A stretch of 64,000 nucleotides of DNA from Chiloscyllium plagiosum (GCF_004010195.1 NC_057711.1:79625570-79689569), one strand, 5' to 3'. Counted from the first letter of the stretch, positions 39,180 to 52,167 are shown. Notes: a model not told the origin generated them from the letters alone. Made by a program: numbers and translations.

Positions 39180-40330
39180 CAGAGAAAAGAGTTGACTTCC
39201 AGAGGTGAGGTATGAGTGATAGCCTTTCACATCAAGTCCATATTTGACGGTGTGGCAGCAAGCAGCCCCAGCAAAACTAGAATCAATATGTATCAAGGAC
39301 AAGCTCTCTGACGGTTGGAGTCATACCTAGTCATGCTTGTTGGAGATCAGTAATCTCAGCTTCAGGACATCTCTGCAGGCATTCATCAGGATGGTGTCCC
39401 AGGCCCAACCATCTTCAGCTGCTTCATCAATGACCTTCCCTCCATCATAACTGCAGAAGTGGGAATGTTTGCTGATGATTGCATAGTGTGTAGTATCATT
39501 CATGACTTCTCGATGACTGAAGCTGGCCATGTTTAAATGCAACAAGAACTAGCCAATGTTCAGACTTGGACTGACAAGTGGCAAGTTATATTTGCGCCAC
39601 ACAAATGCTGGACAATCAAAGTGCTGTCCATTAACATTTAATGGTGTTACCATCACTGAATACCTCACTATCAAAATCCTTGAGGTTACCATTGACCAGA
39701 AACTCAACTGGACTTGCCATACAAATTTAATAGTTACAAGGGCAGATTGGAGTCTAAGAATACTGCAGTGAGGAACTCACCTCCTGACTGTCCAAAGCCT
39801 GTCCTCCATTTAAAGACACATGTCAAGTGTGTGTTGGAATACTCTCCACTTACCTGGATTGGTGCAACTCCAAGAACACTCAAGAACTTTGACTCCATCC
39901 AGTATAAAGTAGCCTACTTCATTGGCACCATATCCGCAAACACCCACTACCTCTGCCACCAATACTCTGTAGCAGCAGTGTGTAAAAATTACGAGATAAA
40001 TTGCAGAAATTTGTCAAAGATCCTTAGATAGCACCTTCCAAACCTATAACCACCTCCATCTAGATCAAAGGCAAGAGATATATGGGAAGGACATCTGCAA
40101 ATTCCCCTCCAAGCCACTCACCATTCTGATTTGGAAATATGGCATTGTTCTTTCGCTGCCACTGGGTCAAAATCCTGGAACTCCTTCCCGAATGGGTTGG
40201 TCAATCTGCACATGGCTTGCATCAGTTTAAGAAAGCAGCTCACCACCATTTTCTCTGGGACAACCAGGTACAGGCAATAAATGCTGGGCTAGCCAACAGT
40301 ACCCATGTCCCATCAATGACTGAAAAAAAA
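39180..40330 (+). mobile_element. L2-like LINE 3' portion
   Basis: Colinear with 56725-57740; FADD motif at 39468; tail caataaatgctgggctagcc...aaaaaaaa. Confidence 0.85.
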
Positions 40331-42439
40331 GGGTGCAAAGTCACATCCACATCCTATAGCCCAGTAATAACCCTAATAGCTGGCATGAGACAAAGCCATT
40401 CTGTAATTATGTAGTGGTTCAGTAAGTCTAAATAGAAATCTTAGTTCTTTTTGAAGAGTTCCTTTTTAATGATACGTCCCCTCTTCCAGCTTCACTATTG
40501 ATCTGAAGATACCTTGGTGAACCTATAACATGGACAATCCAGATGAGTCTGCAAAGGATTGGCAACATCACTAAAAATTTGTGACCGTTGCTGAAAATGT
40601 CAATGTTTGGGTTTCAATGTGTTGAAGATGTCCTCTTCTGGTGGTTTTATTGATTTCAAAGATCAAGTTGATTTAGCTTCTGGAACTCAATCCAGTGAGA
40701 ATAATAATCAACAAAGATGTGAAAAACTGTCCCATTTGAAGTCAGAGATCAATACTAGATCTTCCCTTGTTCCCTTGGCTTAGTTGGAAAGGATGTGGAC
40801 GGAAGGAGTTCTTTTCTCTTCAGTCTGTAAATAACACAGGCAGTGGAGTTGGAGACCATATTTAGCATAAATGAAGATGGGTATGCTATTGAAGGCCAAT
40901 CATCTCAGCCCCAGTACACCACTGCTCTAATTTATTAACATTTGGTTCAGTGTCACTGTCACCGCATCACCAAAGTTATCAAATTAGTGATAGCACATCA
41001 TAAAATAATCAGGAGTGAACTTATGAGAACAAACTACATTCCATAAGTTATATAAATATTACTTCTTGCTTGAAATTTCAAATGTGAATTCCAGCAGATG
41101 CCATTCTTATTTCCAACCATGTAAATAATACTGGTGCTACACTTGGGTATTGTACATTGTAATTAAAAATCCTAAAGCACAATGAACTAAAGTACAGCAG
41201 TATTTGAAGAGTGAAGTACTAATCATTAAACAAGTAAGGGTGCAAGTTATGACTTGCCCTTCAGAGGTGGCCTTTTGTCGAAGACCTAGTTTTTGTGGAT
41301 CTTGGGAAGCTACTGATCTTATGACATTTCAGTTCCATTAAAATTCAAGTTCTGTTAAAGAATGTAAATGTTAACATCTCTTCTGCAGACACATGTAAAT
41401 GTTATTATTTCTTTCATCTGTCAAGAGAGGAGCGTTCATGAACACCTACATGACATTGTTCACCGTTATTCCAGAGCAGTGTGTGAATTTGAAGTAATTA
41501 TTGTTATGATGTGATTTGAGGTTCTTTTACAACTTGCTGGATTTACACAGGGATTTAGACTAGCAAACAAAAGTTTCACAGGAACAGTAATGCAAACATT
41601 TAATGTGAAGCGGGATTACTGACTGGCTGTCACATCCACTGGTTCCCAATCTCATTTATACCAACTGTCAAAATAGTTTTCATATGCACTAGAAAAAATT
41701 AATGTCTGTTTATTTTAGTATCTGCAGTAACAAAGTGCAGTTGAGGGCTTGAAGCATGGCTAAGCATGTACAGTATACTTCTTAACAATAACAAAAAGTC
41801 ACATATCCAGGTGTTATCAATGTAAATTTGGCTGCAGTCAGAGATTTTCAAGCTGGGCAAGAGCAGATCTTATTTGATCTGAAGCCATACAAAATATTTA
41901 ATTAAAATAAAAGTTAAAAAAAAAAGTATTGACCCTTCCCCAAACAACTTGTTGATGGTTGTCTGCTTTTGAACATTTTCACTGACCAGGTAGTTCATTT
42001 GGAACTTGATGGCAGCATAAAATAGCACATCAGTTATTTTCCCCCATTAATGACTCGCTAACAGTACACTTTCAAAGCTGCACAATTTCACTCCCATAAA
42101 TTCATTACCTAAAGGATTCCTGCTTTTTCATTGATTCATCCTAGCAACTAAAACATTTCACCATGGTTAAAGTGTGAAAGATCTACATGATGCATGACAG
42201 TAATTTGCAGCACCTTCCCGCTGACCTCTACTACCTAGTCAAATGTGACTCGTTTGCTCTGTGTATACTCCATCGATTCTGGGGCCATTCGAGAAGGGAA
42301 TACTAACATTGTTGTATTAATCATAATACAATTATTATCACTATGAAGGAGGATAGTGAGAGGGGTGGTTTGGATGGAGAGACAAGAGGTAATGAAGGCT
42401 ATATCATTAGCATTGAGTGCACAACTGTAAAAGGAACAA

Positions 42440-42870
42440 TATGAAAATTTCAGAGAATGTGTGCCACAGGAGACTACCTCTATCTGAGATTTGGACCCAG
42501 CTCATTGTAGAGCAGTTCAGACCTCGCTGGTAGCCATTAAAATCACTGTGACCTTGGACTACTTCATCTCTGTGTTTCCAGATCATTGTGCATCTCTCAA
42601 ACATCTCATAGGCCCCTGATACCTTACTGGCAAGAATCGCACACCACATAAAATGACAAACAGATGGCACCTTGCAGACAAGAAGCAGTATGGACTCTGC
42701 CTTCATCACTGGGTTCCCACAAGCAGAGGGCATCATGCATTACACACTGCTGTCCATCAAGGCAGTGATGGAGCTTCCAAAACAATTCAAACAAAAACTT
42801 CCTCCATGTGTGCACTCACTAACCTGGCAGCTGCTAGGGCATTCTGCAATACTTCATGCCATCACTCAAA
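42440..42870 (+). pseudogene. Harbinger transposase (HARBI1-like DDE) fossil
   Basis: Frameshifted segments ENVCHRRLPLS, VAIKITVTLDYF, GFPQAEGIMHYTLLSIKA, HSLTWQL occur in the same order as HARBI1-type motifs (C.RRLRL, VAVKVT.ALNF, GFP.V.GAIDCTH.AIKAP, HS.NVQL). Confidence 0.65.
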
Positions 42871-43243
42871 CTTTGAATATATGAACCAACGTACAAATAA
42901 GGATCAGGAATGGAGAACCTAGTGCGTACAGTCTGCTCTGCATGCAATAACATTGTAGCTGATCCAATTACTCCACATTCCTATCTGCTATCTCATCCCA
43001 TCATGTGGCATTTTCCCAGTGAACAAGAATAATGACTAGGAATTTATGAGCTGGTACAGATACATGGGGTCTCTCCAAATGCTGGAGTCCATCTCCCTTA
43101 CTGCACTCATGTGAAATCAGTAGAATTGGTTAAGCCAATGTAACATGAACATTAACCGTTTCAGAAACTGTTTTTTCTCTGTAGTTAACCCATTATACAA
43201 TCATGTATATAGCTATACTAAATTTATCATATTTCGATTTTAC

Positions 43244-43560
43244 AGTGGCTCAGTGGTTAGCACTGCTGCCTCACAGCACCAGAGATCTGGGTTCAATTCC
43301 CGTCTCGGGCAACTGCCTGTGTGGAGTTTGCACATTTTTCCCGTGTGCGTGGGTTTCCTCCGGGTGTTTCTGTTTCCTCCCACAGTCCAAAGATGTGCAG
43401 GTTAGGTGAATTGGCCATGCTAAATTGTCCATAGTGTTTGGAGCATTAGTCAGGGATGAATGTCGTGGAATGGGTCTGGGTGGGTTGCTCTTCGGAGGGT
43501 TGGTGTGGACTTGTTGGGCCGAAGGGTCAGTTTCCACACTGTAGGGAATCTAATCTAATC
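43244..43560 (+). mobile_element. HE1-like V-SINE
   Basis: Homologous to 29676-29999; (TAATC)n tail. Confidence 0.92.
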
Positions 43561-44104
43561 TTCTCCCGAGTCTCTGACTGCACGTTTCACAGAACACACT
43601 CCCATCAGACTTGGAAGTATTATTAAACTCTTTTTCGAGGGCTGTTGGTCCTAGTTTTGATTTGTGGCTTATTTTTCTGTTGGACCATCTTTTATCTCTC
43701 AGATGTCCTTCATAAAGGATGTTGATCTTTGTTGTTATCAGTCCATTACTTAACCTACGTACCCCAAATCTATTGAATTTCCTTCCTGGAAGACAATAAA
43801 TTTTCACCTCCTCTTGTTCACTCATGAAGCACCGGTCACCCAGTGTGGCCCTTACTAATCACACATGATGACTAACTGATTCTCTTTGACAGAAGGCATG
43901 CTTGAATGATGTGACATTGCTGGATCTGCTGATTTGGTTTTGTCCTTCTTGACATCTGGCCCTGTGGGAGGCACAAAGACAGATGAGAAAAATCTCCCAG
44001 CATGAAAATAGGATAGATTTCAAACAGATCCAGCAACTAAAGATCACGTGTTCATGATTTGTTGTGAGCTAGCATAATTATATTCAACCACAGTCTGTAA
44101 CATT

Positions 44105-45170
44105 GGGGCTCAGTATATCCTCAGTATATACCATTACCATTAAGGTAGGGCGTCAGCCATGCTTCAATAAAGTGTGCAGGACGGCATGCAAGGCGTGGTA
44201 CCAGGGAATACCTAAAAATGAGGTGTCAATCTGCCAAAGCTACAATGTAAACAATGGATTAGATGTAAGGTCTGCAGGCCTGCCTCATCCAGTCATCAAT
44301 GATGGTTGACAATTAAACAACACATTGGAGGAAGAGGCTCCACAAACATTCCCAACCGCATTGATGGCAGAGCTCAATACAAAAAATAAAACTCAAGTTT
44401 TTGTGACAATCTTCAGCCAGAAGCACTGGGTGAATGATTCATCCTGGCCTCCTCCAGAAGTCCCCATCATTACAAATGTCAGTCTTTAGACAATTCAATT
44501 CACTCAACTTTTCATCAAGAAACAGCTGAAGGAACTGGACACTGCAAAGGCTATGGGCCCTGGCAACGATACTGAAGAGTTGTGCTCTGGAACTTGCCAC
44601 ACCCCTTGCCAATTTGTTCTAATACAGCTACACTATCTTCTCAACAGTGTGTAGATTCACCTTGTACACAAGTAGTAGGATAAATCCAAAAGGCCAATTT
44701 CTGATTCATCCATCTACTCTTGATCATGAATAAACTGATGGAAGAAGTCATCAGCCTTGCTTTCAAATAGCACTTGCTTAACTGTGACCTGCTCTTTGAC
44801 TCTCAGTTTTGGTTTTGCCAGGAGTTGGAGTCATACCTGGCACACAGGAACATGGTTATGGTTGTTGGAGGTCAGTCATCTCAGTTCCCGGATATCTCTG
44901 CGAGAGTTCCTCAGGGTAGTGTTCTAGGTCAATCCATCTCCAGCTGCTCCATCAATGACCTTCCTCCATCATCAGGTCAGAAGTGAGGATATTTACTAAT
45001 TATTGGTCAGTGTTCAGCACCATTAAAAACACTTCAGTTATTGAAAGAGTCCATGGCCAAATGCAGAAGACCTAGACATTATCCAGCCTTCAGCTAACAA
45101 TTAGAAAGTAACATTCATGCCACACAATCGCAAGGCAATTACCATCTCCAACTGAGAGAAGCTAACTTTG
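44105..45170 (+). mobile_element. L2-like LINE fragment
   Basis: Colinear with 55240-57200 with deletions; VPQGSVLG motif at 44905. Confidence 0.82.
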
Positions 45171-45174
45171 ACAT

Positions 45175-47035
45175 AGAAACATAGCAATAGTGGCAATAAT
45201 AGGCGATTCAAGCCTGCTCCACCGTTCAGTATGATACGAATGGTCCTCTATGTCAACACGATATTCCTATTCTCTCCCTGACATCTTTAGGACTTAGCAA
45301 CTCATCCAGCTGTTTCTCAAATATGTTCAGAGACTTGGTCTCCACCACTTAACATGACAAAACATTTCACCAGGTCAGCAACCTCTGCGTGAAGAGAATT
45401 ATCCCCATCTCAATCCTAAATGTTCGACCCTGCATTCAGAGATTGTGAATCCTTGTGGAGGGGCCCCAAGCCAGAAGGAGTTTTGTCCAGTCTGTCCAGT
45501 CCCTGTGAGAATCTTATACATTTCAATCAGATTCCCGTTCCTTCTTTTCCACTCCGATGAATACAAGTTCAGTCAATCCAATCTCTCCCCACACAACAAA
45601 CGTACTATTGCAGAATTCAGCTTGGTTAGCATTTTCTGAACTATTTCTATGGCTTCTATTATCTTTACCTTTTTCAATGGCAAGAACATCTTTTGTTCGG
45701 TAAAGTGATTGAAAGTGAACACAATGCTCTAGGCGTGTTCACACCAAGACCCTGTACACTGCAGCTCCTGTACTGACACCTCTTGCAATGAAGGCATATC
45801 ATTTGCCTTCCTGTGTGCATAAACATTTCCCCATCTATCATCATTTAACTGACTCTACTTTTCCTATCACAGTGGATAATTTCACATTTTCCTGTACTGA
45901 CACCTCTTGCAATGAAGGCATATCATTTGCCTTCCTAACCTGAATGCTTGCCTTCAGTGTCTGGCGCACAAGGACACCTAGCTTCCTGTGTGCATAAACA
46001 TTTCCCCATCTATCATCATTTAACTGACTCTACTTTTCCTATCACAGTGGATAATTTCACATTTATCCACATTATATGGCAGCTACCATGCATTTGCCAA
46101 CTCATGCAACTTGTTTAACTTGCTTGAAGCCTCTTTACTTCCACCTCACCACTCTCAACCTCAACCAGTTTTGTGTCATCAAACTTGAAAATATTATCTT
46201 TAACTCCCTTATCCAAATTGTTCATATTTATTGTGTTAAAAATCACACAACACCAGGTTATAGTCCAACAGGTTTAATTGGAAGCACACTAGCTTTCGGA
46301 GCGACGCCCCTTCATCAAGTTCCGAAAACTAGTGTGCTACCAATTAAACCTGTTGGACTATAACCTGATGTTGTGTGATTTTTAACTTTGTACACCCCTG
46401 TCCAACACAGGCATCTCCGAATCATATTTATCGTGAATAGCTAGGGAGCAAGCACTAATACCTGTGTACTTCTAAATTACTGACTTCTAGCCGGCAAAAT
46501 ACCAATTTATTCCTTCCTTCTGTTTCCTCTCTCCTCAGCAATTCTTATTCCATGCCAATATATTGCCATCATTCCTATGTATTATGATTTTGCACCATAA
46601 TCTCTTACATGAAACATCATCAAAAGTTTTATGGAAGTCTAAATATGCCACATCCACTTATACTTCCTTTTCTATTCTTATAGATATGTCCTCAAAAAGT
46701 TCTGGCAGCTGTGTCAAACATAACTTTCCTCTCATAAATCCATTCTGAGTTTGACTCTTTGCCGATATTTTCGAAATATCCTGTTAGTTTATCCTTTAAA
46801 AGACTCTTAACATTTTATCTAATATTGATGTTAGGTTAATCAGACAGTAACTTCCTCCTTTCACCTTTCTTCCTGTTTTAATGAGTGGACTTACACTTGC
46901 CATCCTCCACACGACCATCTCTGTTCCTGAATTTACAGAATTTTGGAAGATGACAAAAAAAATCCACTATTTCCATAACCATCGTGTTAGGTAACCCAGG
47001 TTTCAGATTACAAGATCCTTGGGATTTATCTGTTT
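45175..47035 (-). mobile_element. Old CR1-clade LINE with internal duplication and nested PLE
   Basis: catagaaacatag tail at 45171; minus-strand RT remnants (DF.K.FD at 46620-46640). Confidence 0.75.
46236..46421. mobile_element. Fold-back PLE-type insertion, second family
   Basis: 66-bp inverted arms (46235-46300 and 46321-46386, 3 mismatches); 14-bp TSD TCATATTTAT(T/C)GTG at 46222-46235 and 46422-46435; minus-strand hammerhead-like motif. Confidence 0.82.
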
Positions 47036-47049
47036 ATAGTCCCTTCATT

Positions 47050-47378
47050 TCTCTACATTCAATGGAAGCAGGCCATTCGGCCAACAAGACCATACCAACT
47101 CTCTGAAAAGCATCCCATCCAGCCAAACTCCCTTGCCCTATTCCTGTAGTCCTGCATTTCACATGGCTAACCCATCTAGCCTGCACATCCCTGGACGCAA
47201 TGGGTAATTTAGAATTGCCAATCCACCTAACATCTTGAACTGTGAGAGCAAATTGGAGCATCTGGAGGAAACCCACGCAGACATGGGAAGAGTATGTAAA
47301 CTCCACACAGTCACCTGAGGGTGGAATTGAACTTGGGTCCCTGCTGCTGTGAAGCAGCAGTGTTAACCACTGTGCCGT
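47050..47378 (-). mobile_element. HE1-like V-SINE
   Basis: Reverse complement of the HE1-like consensus (gaggaaacccacgcagacatggg...cagtgttaaccactgtgcc). Confidence 0.88.
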
Positions 47379-47379
47379 C

Positions 47380-47745
47380 TAAAATGAACTGGACTGACTA
47401 ACTACATAAGTGCTAGAGCCATAACAGCAGGTCAGAGGCAAGGAATCCTATAACAAGTAACTCATTTCTTGACTCTACAGATCCTGTCCTCCTGTCAAGG
47501 CACATGACACCAAGTTATAGTCCAATAGGTTTATTTAAAATCACAATCACCTGACAAAGGAGCAGTGCTCCAAAAGCTTGAGATTTTAAATAAGGTTGGA
47601 CTATTGTGACTTTGGACTTTGTCCACCTCAGTCCAACACCAGTTTCTCCATATCATGTCAAGGCATAAGGAGCATGATGGAGTATTCCTCATTTGCCTCA
47701 ATCAGCACTACTCCAACAGCACTCGAAAAGTTCAACACCACTGAT
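47380..47745 (+). mobile_element. L2-like LINE fragment with nested PLE-type insertion at 47503-47655
   Basis: Host matches 57275-57480; insert bounded by 10-bp TSD TGTCAAGGCA at 47493-47502 and 47656-47665. Confidence 0.72.
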
Positions 47746-48640
47746 GTGCTACAAATAAAACCCTATTATTCCAAATATCATCATAAAGTTGAAGATTTTA
47801 TCAAAGTATGCAGAATTTTCTAAAGTGCTTATCTTTTTAGACCCAAGTTGACAGAAACCATGGACTACATTTCTGTACTTAACAAGAATTACTATGTATT
47901 TCAGTTAAATCGAGTCTACAGGTAAGCATTTCTGAAATGTCATGGAACTCTACTGATTAAAAGTTTCACCTCCTTGTAAAACTCCCCTAATACACTCATG
48001 CAGACAGATCTCCAAAAAAAAAGTTTGTGATAGGTGAAAGGAAAACCTGGGAATGCAAATCGAATGTCTCTATCCTCAGGGTTCACTGAAATGTTCCTTT
48101 TGGCTTGACAGGACTTGTTGCTTCTTTATCAGTCTTCCTCAGGAATGATCACTGGCATGCAAGAGGCACAGAGCGACTCGTTTACAACTTATAAAGTCTC
48201 TGAATCATTGGTTAGAACTTACAACAACTAGTGAGGGAAAATAAACAGACTTTCTTTAAGCTTTTGGTATATTTTTCATGGCAGAGAAAGTCCAAGGCTT
48301 ATGACTACCTTGTTCACACTCAAGTTGTTCAGCAACTTGGCGTCAAGTAGTTGTTGGCAGGCACAAGTCCTTTGTTTTCATCACTCCACAGATCAATCAG
48401 CTACTTTTTGCTGTACAATTCTAATTTTGTATGCACCTGCTTGTTGCCTGTTCATCTGCAACTAAATGTCTCCCAATGTTTGAATACATAGCAGAGTAAA
48501 CAGTACTTAATATAAGTGCTATTCGTTTGCTTTTGAAAAGTGCAGCAATCCTTTCCACAATCCTTGGTTTTTGAAACAATCCGTTTTCCCATTTCAGTCT
48601 ACAATCAAAAATACAGAAAAACAAAACATTTCCAGAAGGC
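47745..48640. repeat. Second copy of the unclassified ~0.9 kb repeat
   Basis: Colinear with 27182-27315 plus 28060-28780. Confidence 0.6.
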
Positions 48641-48649
48641 ATTTGGTAA

Positions 48650-50100
48650 TATTCCCCATTAAAGATTATTTCAGAAAATAAAAGGTCTCAGTGTAGGGGT
48701 TAGTATATGAGCATGTATAAATGATTAGCTGGCTAACAGAAAGTAGGTTCTAATAGGGTCTTTTACATATTGGCAAATGTTATAGAGGAAGCCACTGGGA
48801 TCAGTGCTGGGACCTTAACTGCTTACAATTTACATAACCAACTTAGATGAATGGGCTGATGGCCCATTTGCCAAATTTGCTGATGACACAAAGGGAGAGG
48901 AAATTATTTTGTGAAGAAGACATAAGGAGGCTTCAATAAGGTATAGTTTAAGTGGTTGAACAAATATTTAGCAGAGTAAAATATGGGCATTGTAAAATTT
49001 CCATTTGACAGGCAGAATAAAAAAAAATGTCTATTATGTAAATGGTCAGAGGTTATAGAGCTCTCAGATGTATAGAAATCTGGTGTCCTTGTGCATGTAT
49101 TGTAAAAGGTTATAACACAGGTTCCGGTAATTAGGAAAGCCAATATGTTGTTATAATTTATCATAAAGGGGAATTGAAAACTAAAGTAGGGAGGAGATAC
49201 ATGGCATTGGCGAGACTGTATCTGGTATACAGTGCTCAGTATTGGTCAGCTCATTTGAGGACAGATGTAAATGTGTTGGGGGCATTTCAGAGAAGCTTTA
49301 TTAGATTAAAAGCTAGAATTAGAGGATTGTTTTATGTGGAATATTTGGACAGTTTAGGCTTTTTCCTGTTAGAAGTTTAGAAAAGTAAGATTGTAACATA
49401 TAAAATCCTGAGGGCTCTTGACAGGGTAGATAGGAGCGTGGTGACACCATGGTAATGTCACTGGTCTAATGGTTCAAAGCCCTAGGCTAATATTCTGCGG
49501 GTATGTGTTTGAAATCCACAAAGGCAGTTGGGGACATTTGAATTCAATAAAAATCTGGAATCAATAAGTAACCTTATGATAACCTAGTTTAAAAAAGGTG
49601 ATTTTCTCCAATGTCTTTTCCTTTGGAGAAGGAAATCTGCCATCCTTACCAGGTCTGGCATAAATGGGATTTCAGGCACACATCAAAGTGGTTGCCTCTT
49701 AACTGCCCTCTGTGCAATTAGGGATGGGCAATAAATGCTGGCCTATTTGGTGATATCTATATTCCATGTATAAATGATTAGCTGGCTAACAAAAAGTAGG
49801 TTCTAATAGGGTCTTTTACATATTGGCAAATGTTATAGAGGAAGCCACCAGGATCAGTGCTGGGACCTCAACTGCTTACAATTTACATGAATGAATACAG
49901 AGAAATGATGTGGGGAGGACGTTTCGATGGATAACTGTTTAAAACTGAGCAGAACTTCAAACATTTTTCCCCAGCGGTGTGAATCTTTCAAACTCCCTTC
50001 CTGAACATGTGGTGCAAGCAGAGTCCTTGAGCATTGTTAAGGCAGAGGTAGGTCGATTCTTGTTAAGCAAGGGGGTGAAAGAGATAGAGAATACAAATTT
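48650..50100 (+). mobile_element. Old CR1 LINE interrupted by a DeuSINE
   Basis: GSVLGP (48798), KFADDTK (48873), Y.AQYWS motifs; DeuSINE at about 49430-49900. Confidence 0.82.
49430..49900 (+). mobile_element. DeuSINE with a 124-bp templated insert in its tail
   Basis: Head, Deu domain (gaaggaaatctgccatccttacc) and tail match 52168-52505. Confidence 0.8.
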
Positions 50101-50756
50101 GGACATAAAGTTTCCCCTGGCACTCTTTCAAAGAATAACAGGGATTTTATTCTCATCTGTTATTCCTGGTAAACATTTGTCATTCAATCAACATCGCAAC
50201 AACAGATTACCTGGTCATGATCAGGTGCTGCTTGTGGAAGCTTGCTGTGTGCAAATTGGCTCCAATATTTCCTGCAGGATAACCTTGATTACATTTCATC
50301 TGGTTTCAATTTCTTTGGGACATCTAATGCTCTTTAAAGATGAACTTGAAAGTTAAAGATGTTGAAAGATTGTCTCAGCCTACTATGTACATGTACATTA
50401 CTGTTTTACAGCAGATTGCACGGTTTACCTGCGTCATGTCTTAAAGAATGAGGACACTTTATATTGAACTTGTGTTCACACAGTGCAATTAGGAACCTGA
50501 ACTTTAACTGCGGTGGACCCAGTTTGTCTTGGTAGTTAAATGAGATAACACAGCTGGATTTTGAAGGTAGGCACTTGTTAGAAGATTCATTGGGAACCAG
50601 GAAGAGCAGCATTGACCTCCATCAGTCAACATCAGATTTTGAATCTCCTGCCCCCGTATCTATAGATCCTCCCAAACTGCTATCATCCTCTTCAGTGCTA
50701 CCATGCAACCTTGACTCTTCATATTTTCAGGGATTGTCCAAACAATCTGTAACCAT

Positions 50757-51105
50757 GACATGGTGGCTCAGTGGTTAGCACTGCTGCCTCACAGTACTAG
50801 GGTTCTGGGTTTGAACCCACCCTTGTACAACTGGCTGCATGGAGTTGGCACATTCTTCCTGTGTCTGTGTGGATTTACTCTGGGTGCTCTGGTTTCCTCC
50901 CACAGTCCGAAGATGTTCAGGTTAGGTAGATTGGCCATGCTATAATTGCCCATGATGTCAAGGAATGTGCAGGTTAGGTGGACTAACCATGGAAAATGTG
51001 GGCTTATGGAAATAATGTAGGGGGAGTCAAACTGAGTTGGATGCTCTTCGGAGGGTCAGTGTGGACTCGGGCTGAATGGCCTGCTTCCATAATGTAAGGA
51101 TTGTA
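50757..51105 (+). mobile_element. HE1-like V-SINE
   Basis: Homologous to 29676-29999. Confidence 0.88.
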
Positions 51106-51819
51106 GAATCTGTTCTAATAAAGTAAGTTAATGACCTTTTGACATTGGTCTTCCTGCATAACAATCTACTAGTTGGGAACTGGATTACTAAAATATAATA
51201 ACAATGTTCTGTCGGCAGGACTTTCACAGCCTCAAGATTTCTGATGGTACCCCTATTACATGCTTCCCATCTTGTCACAAAAATTGTAACTGTAACTTAA
51301 CATGACAATAAAAACCTATATTGAAATTTAAAGAAAAATGGGGTCGTTAGATGCATTATTAGGACCCAACTAGTTAAAATTGAATAAAAAATGCTTAAAT
51401 GTTCATGATGAGCTGGGTCTAATTCTGTAATACCATTCAACTTTGTACAAGAATACTGTTCATACCTTAACTTTTGTGGAATTAGTTTAATATGCATAGG
51501 TTCTAAATTCAGTTTCAGAGTAAATTTACTTCAAAGTTGATGTTCAATATGGATTCTACGTTTTGCCATCAAATGTAATTCAGATCCTTAAGAATAAAAA
51601 TGTAATGACCAATCAGTTATTTCAATTCTGACAAGAAAATTAAAATCTAAGTGGTCAGGCCAACCACTAAAGTCAAAATTAGTCAAAGTGGATCTTTTGT
51701 TTTCAGTTGTTTCAGAGAATTAACATTTGTCACAGTCAAGAACGGCCCAATTATCAGAATATTATATACCATTACACTAAGTAGAGGAAAAAGTAGATTC
51801 TTGAGAAAGATAGAAAGGT

Positions 51820-52160
51820 TTAGAATCATAGAATCCCGACAGTATGGAAAAAGGCCATTTGGCCCAACAAGACCACACCAACCTGCTGAAGAGTAACCCA
51901 CTCAGACCCATCCCTCTACCCTGTTACTCTACATTTACCCCTGACCAATGCACCTAACCTAGGCATCCCTGAATACAATGGGCAACTTAGCATGACCAAT
52001 TCACCTAATTTGCACATCTTTGGATTGTGAGAGGAAACTGGAGCACCCAGATGAAACCTATGCAGACACAGGAAGAACCTGCTAATTCCACATTGACAGT
52101 TGCCCAAGGCTGGAATTGAACCTGGATCCCTGGCACTGTGAGGCCAAAGTGCCTCCCACT
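51820..52160 (-). mobile_element. HE1-like V-SINE
   Basis: Reverse-complement homolog; tagaatcatagaatccc tail. Confidence 0.88.
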
Positions 52161-52167
52161 TATCTCA

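Noticed and set aside
45766..46064. CRISPR-like repeat-spacer array
   Set aside because: Only two-copy local duplications inside a LINE, eukaryotic context, no cas genes.
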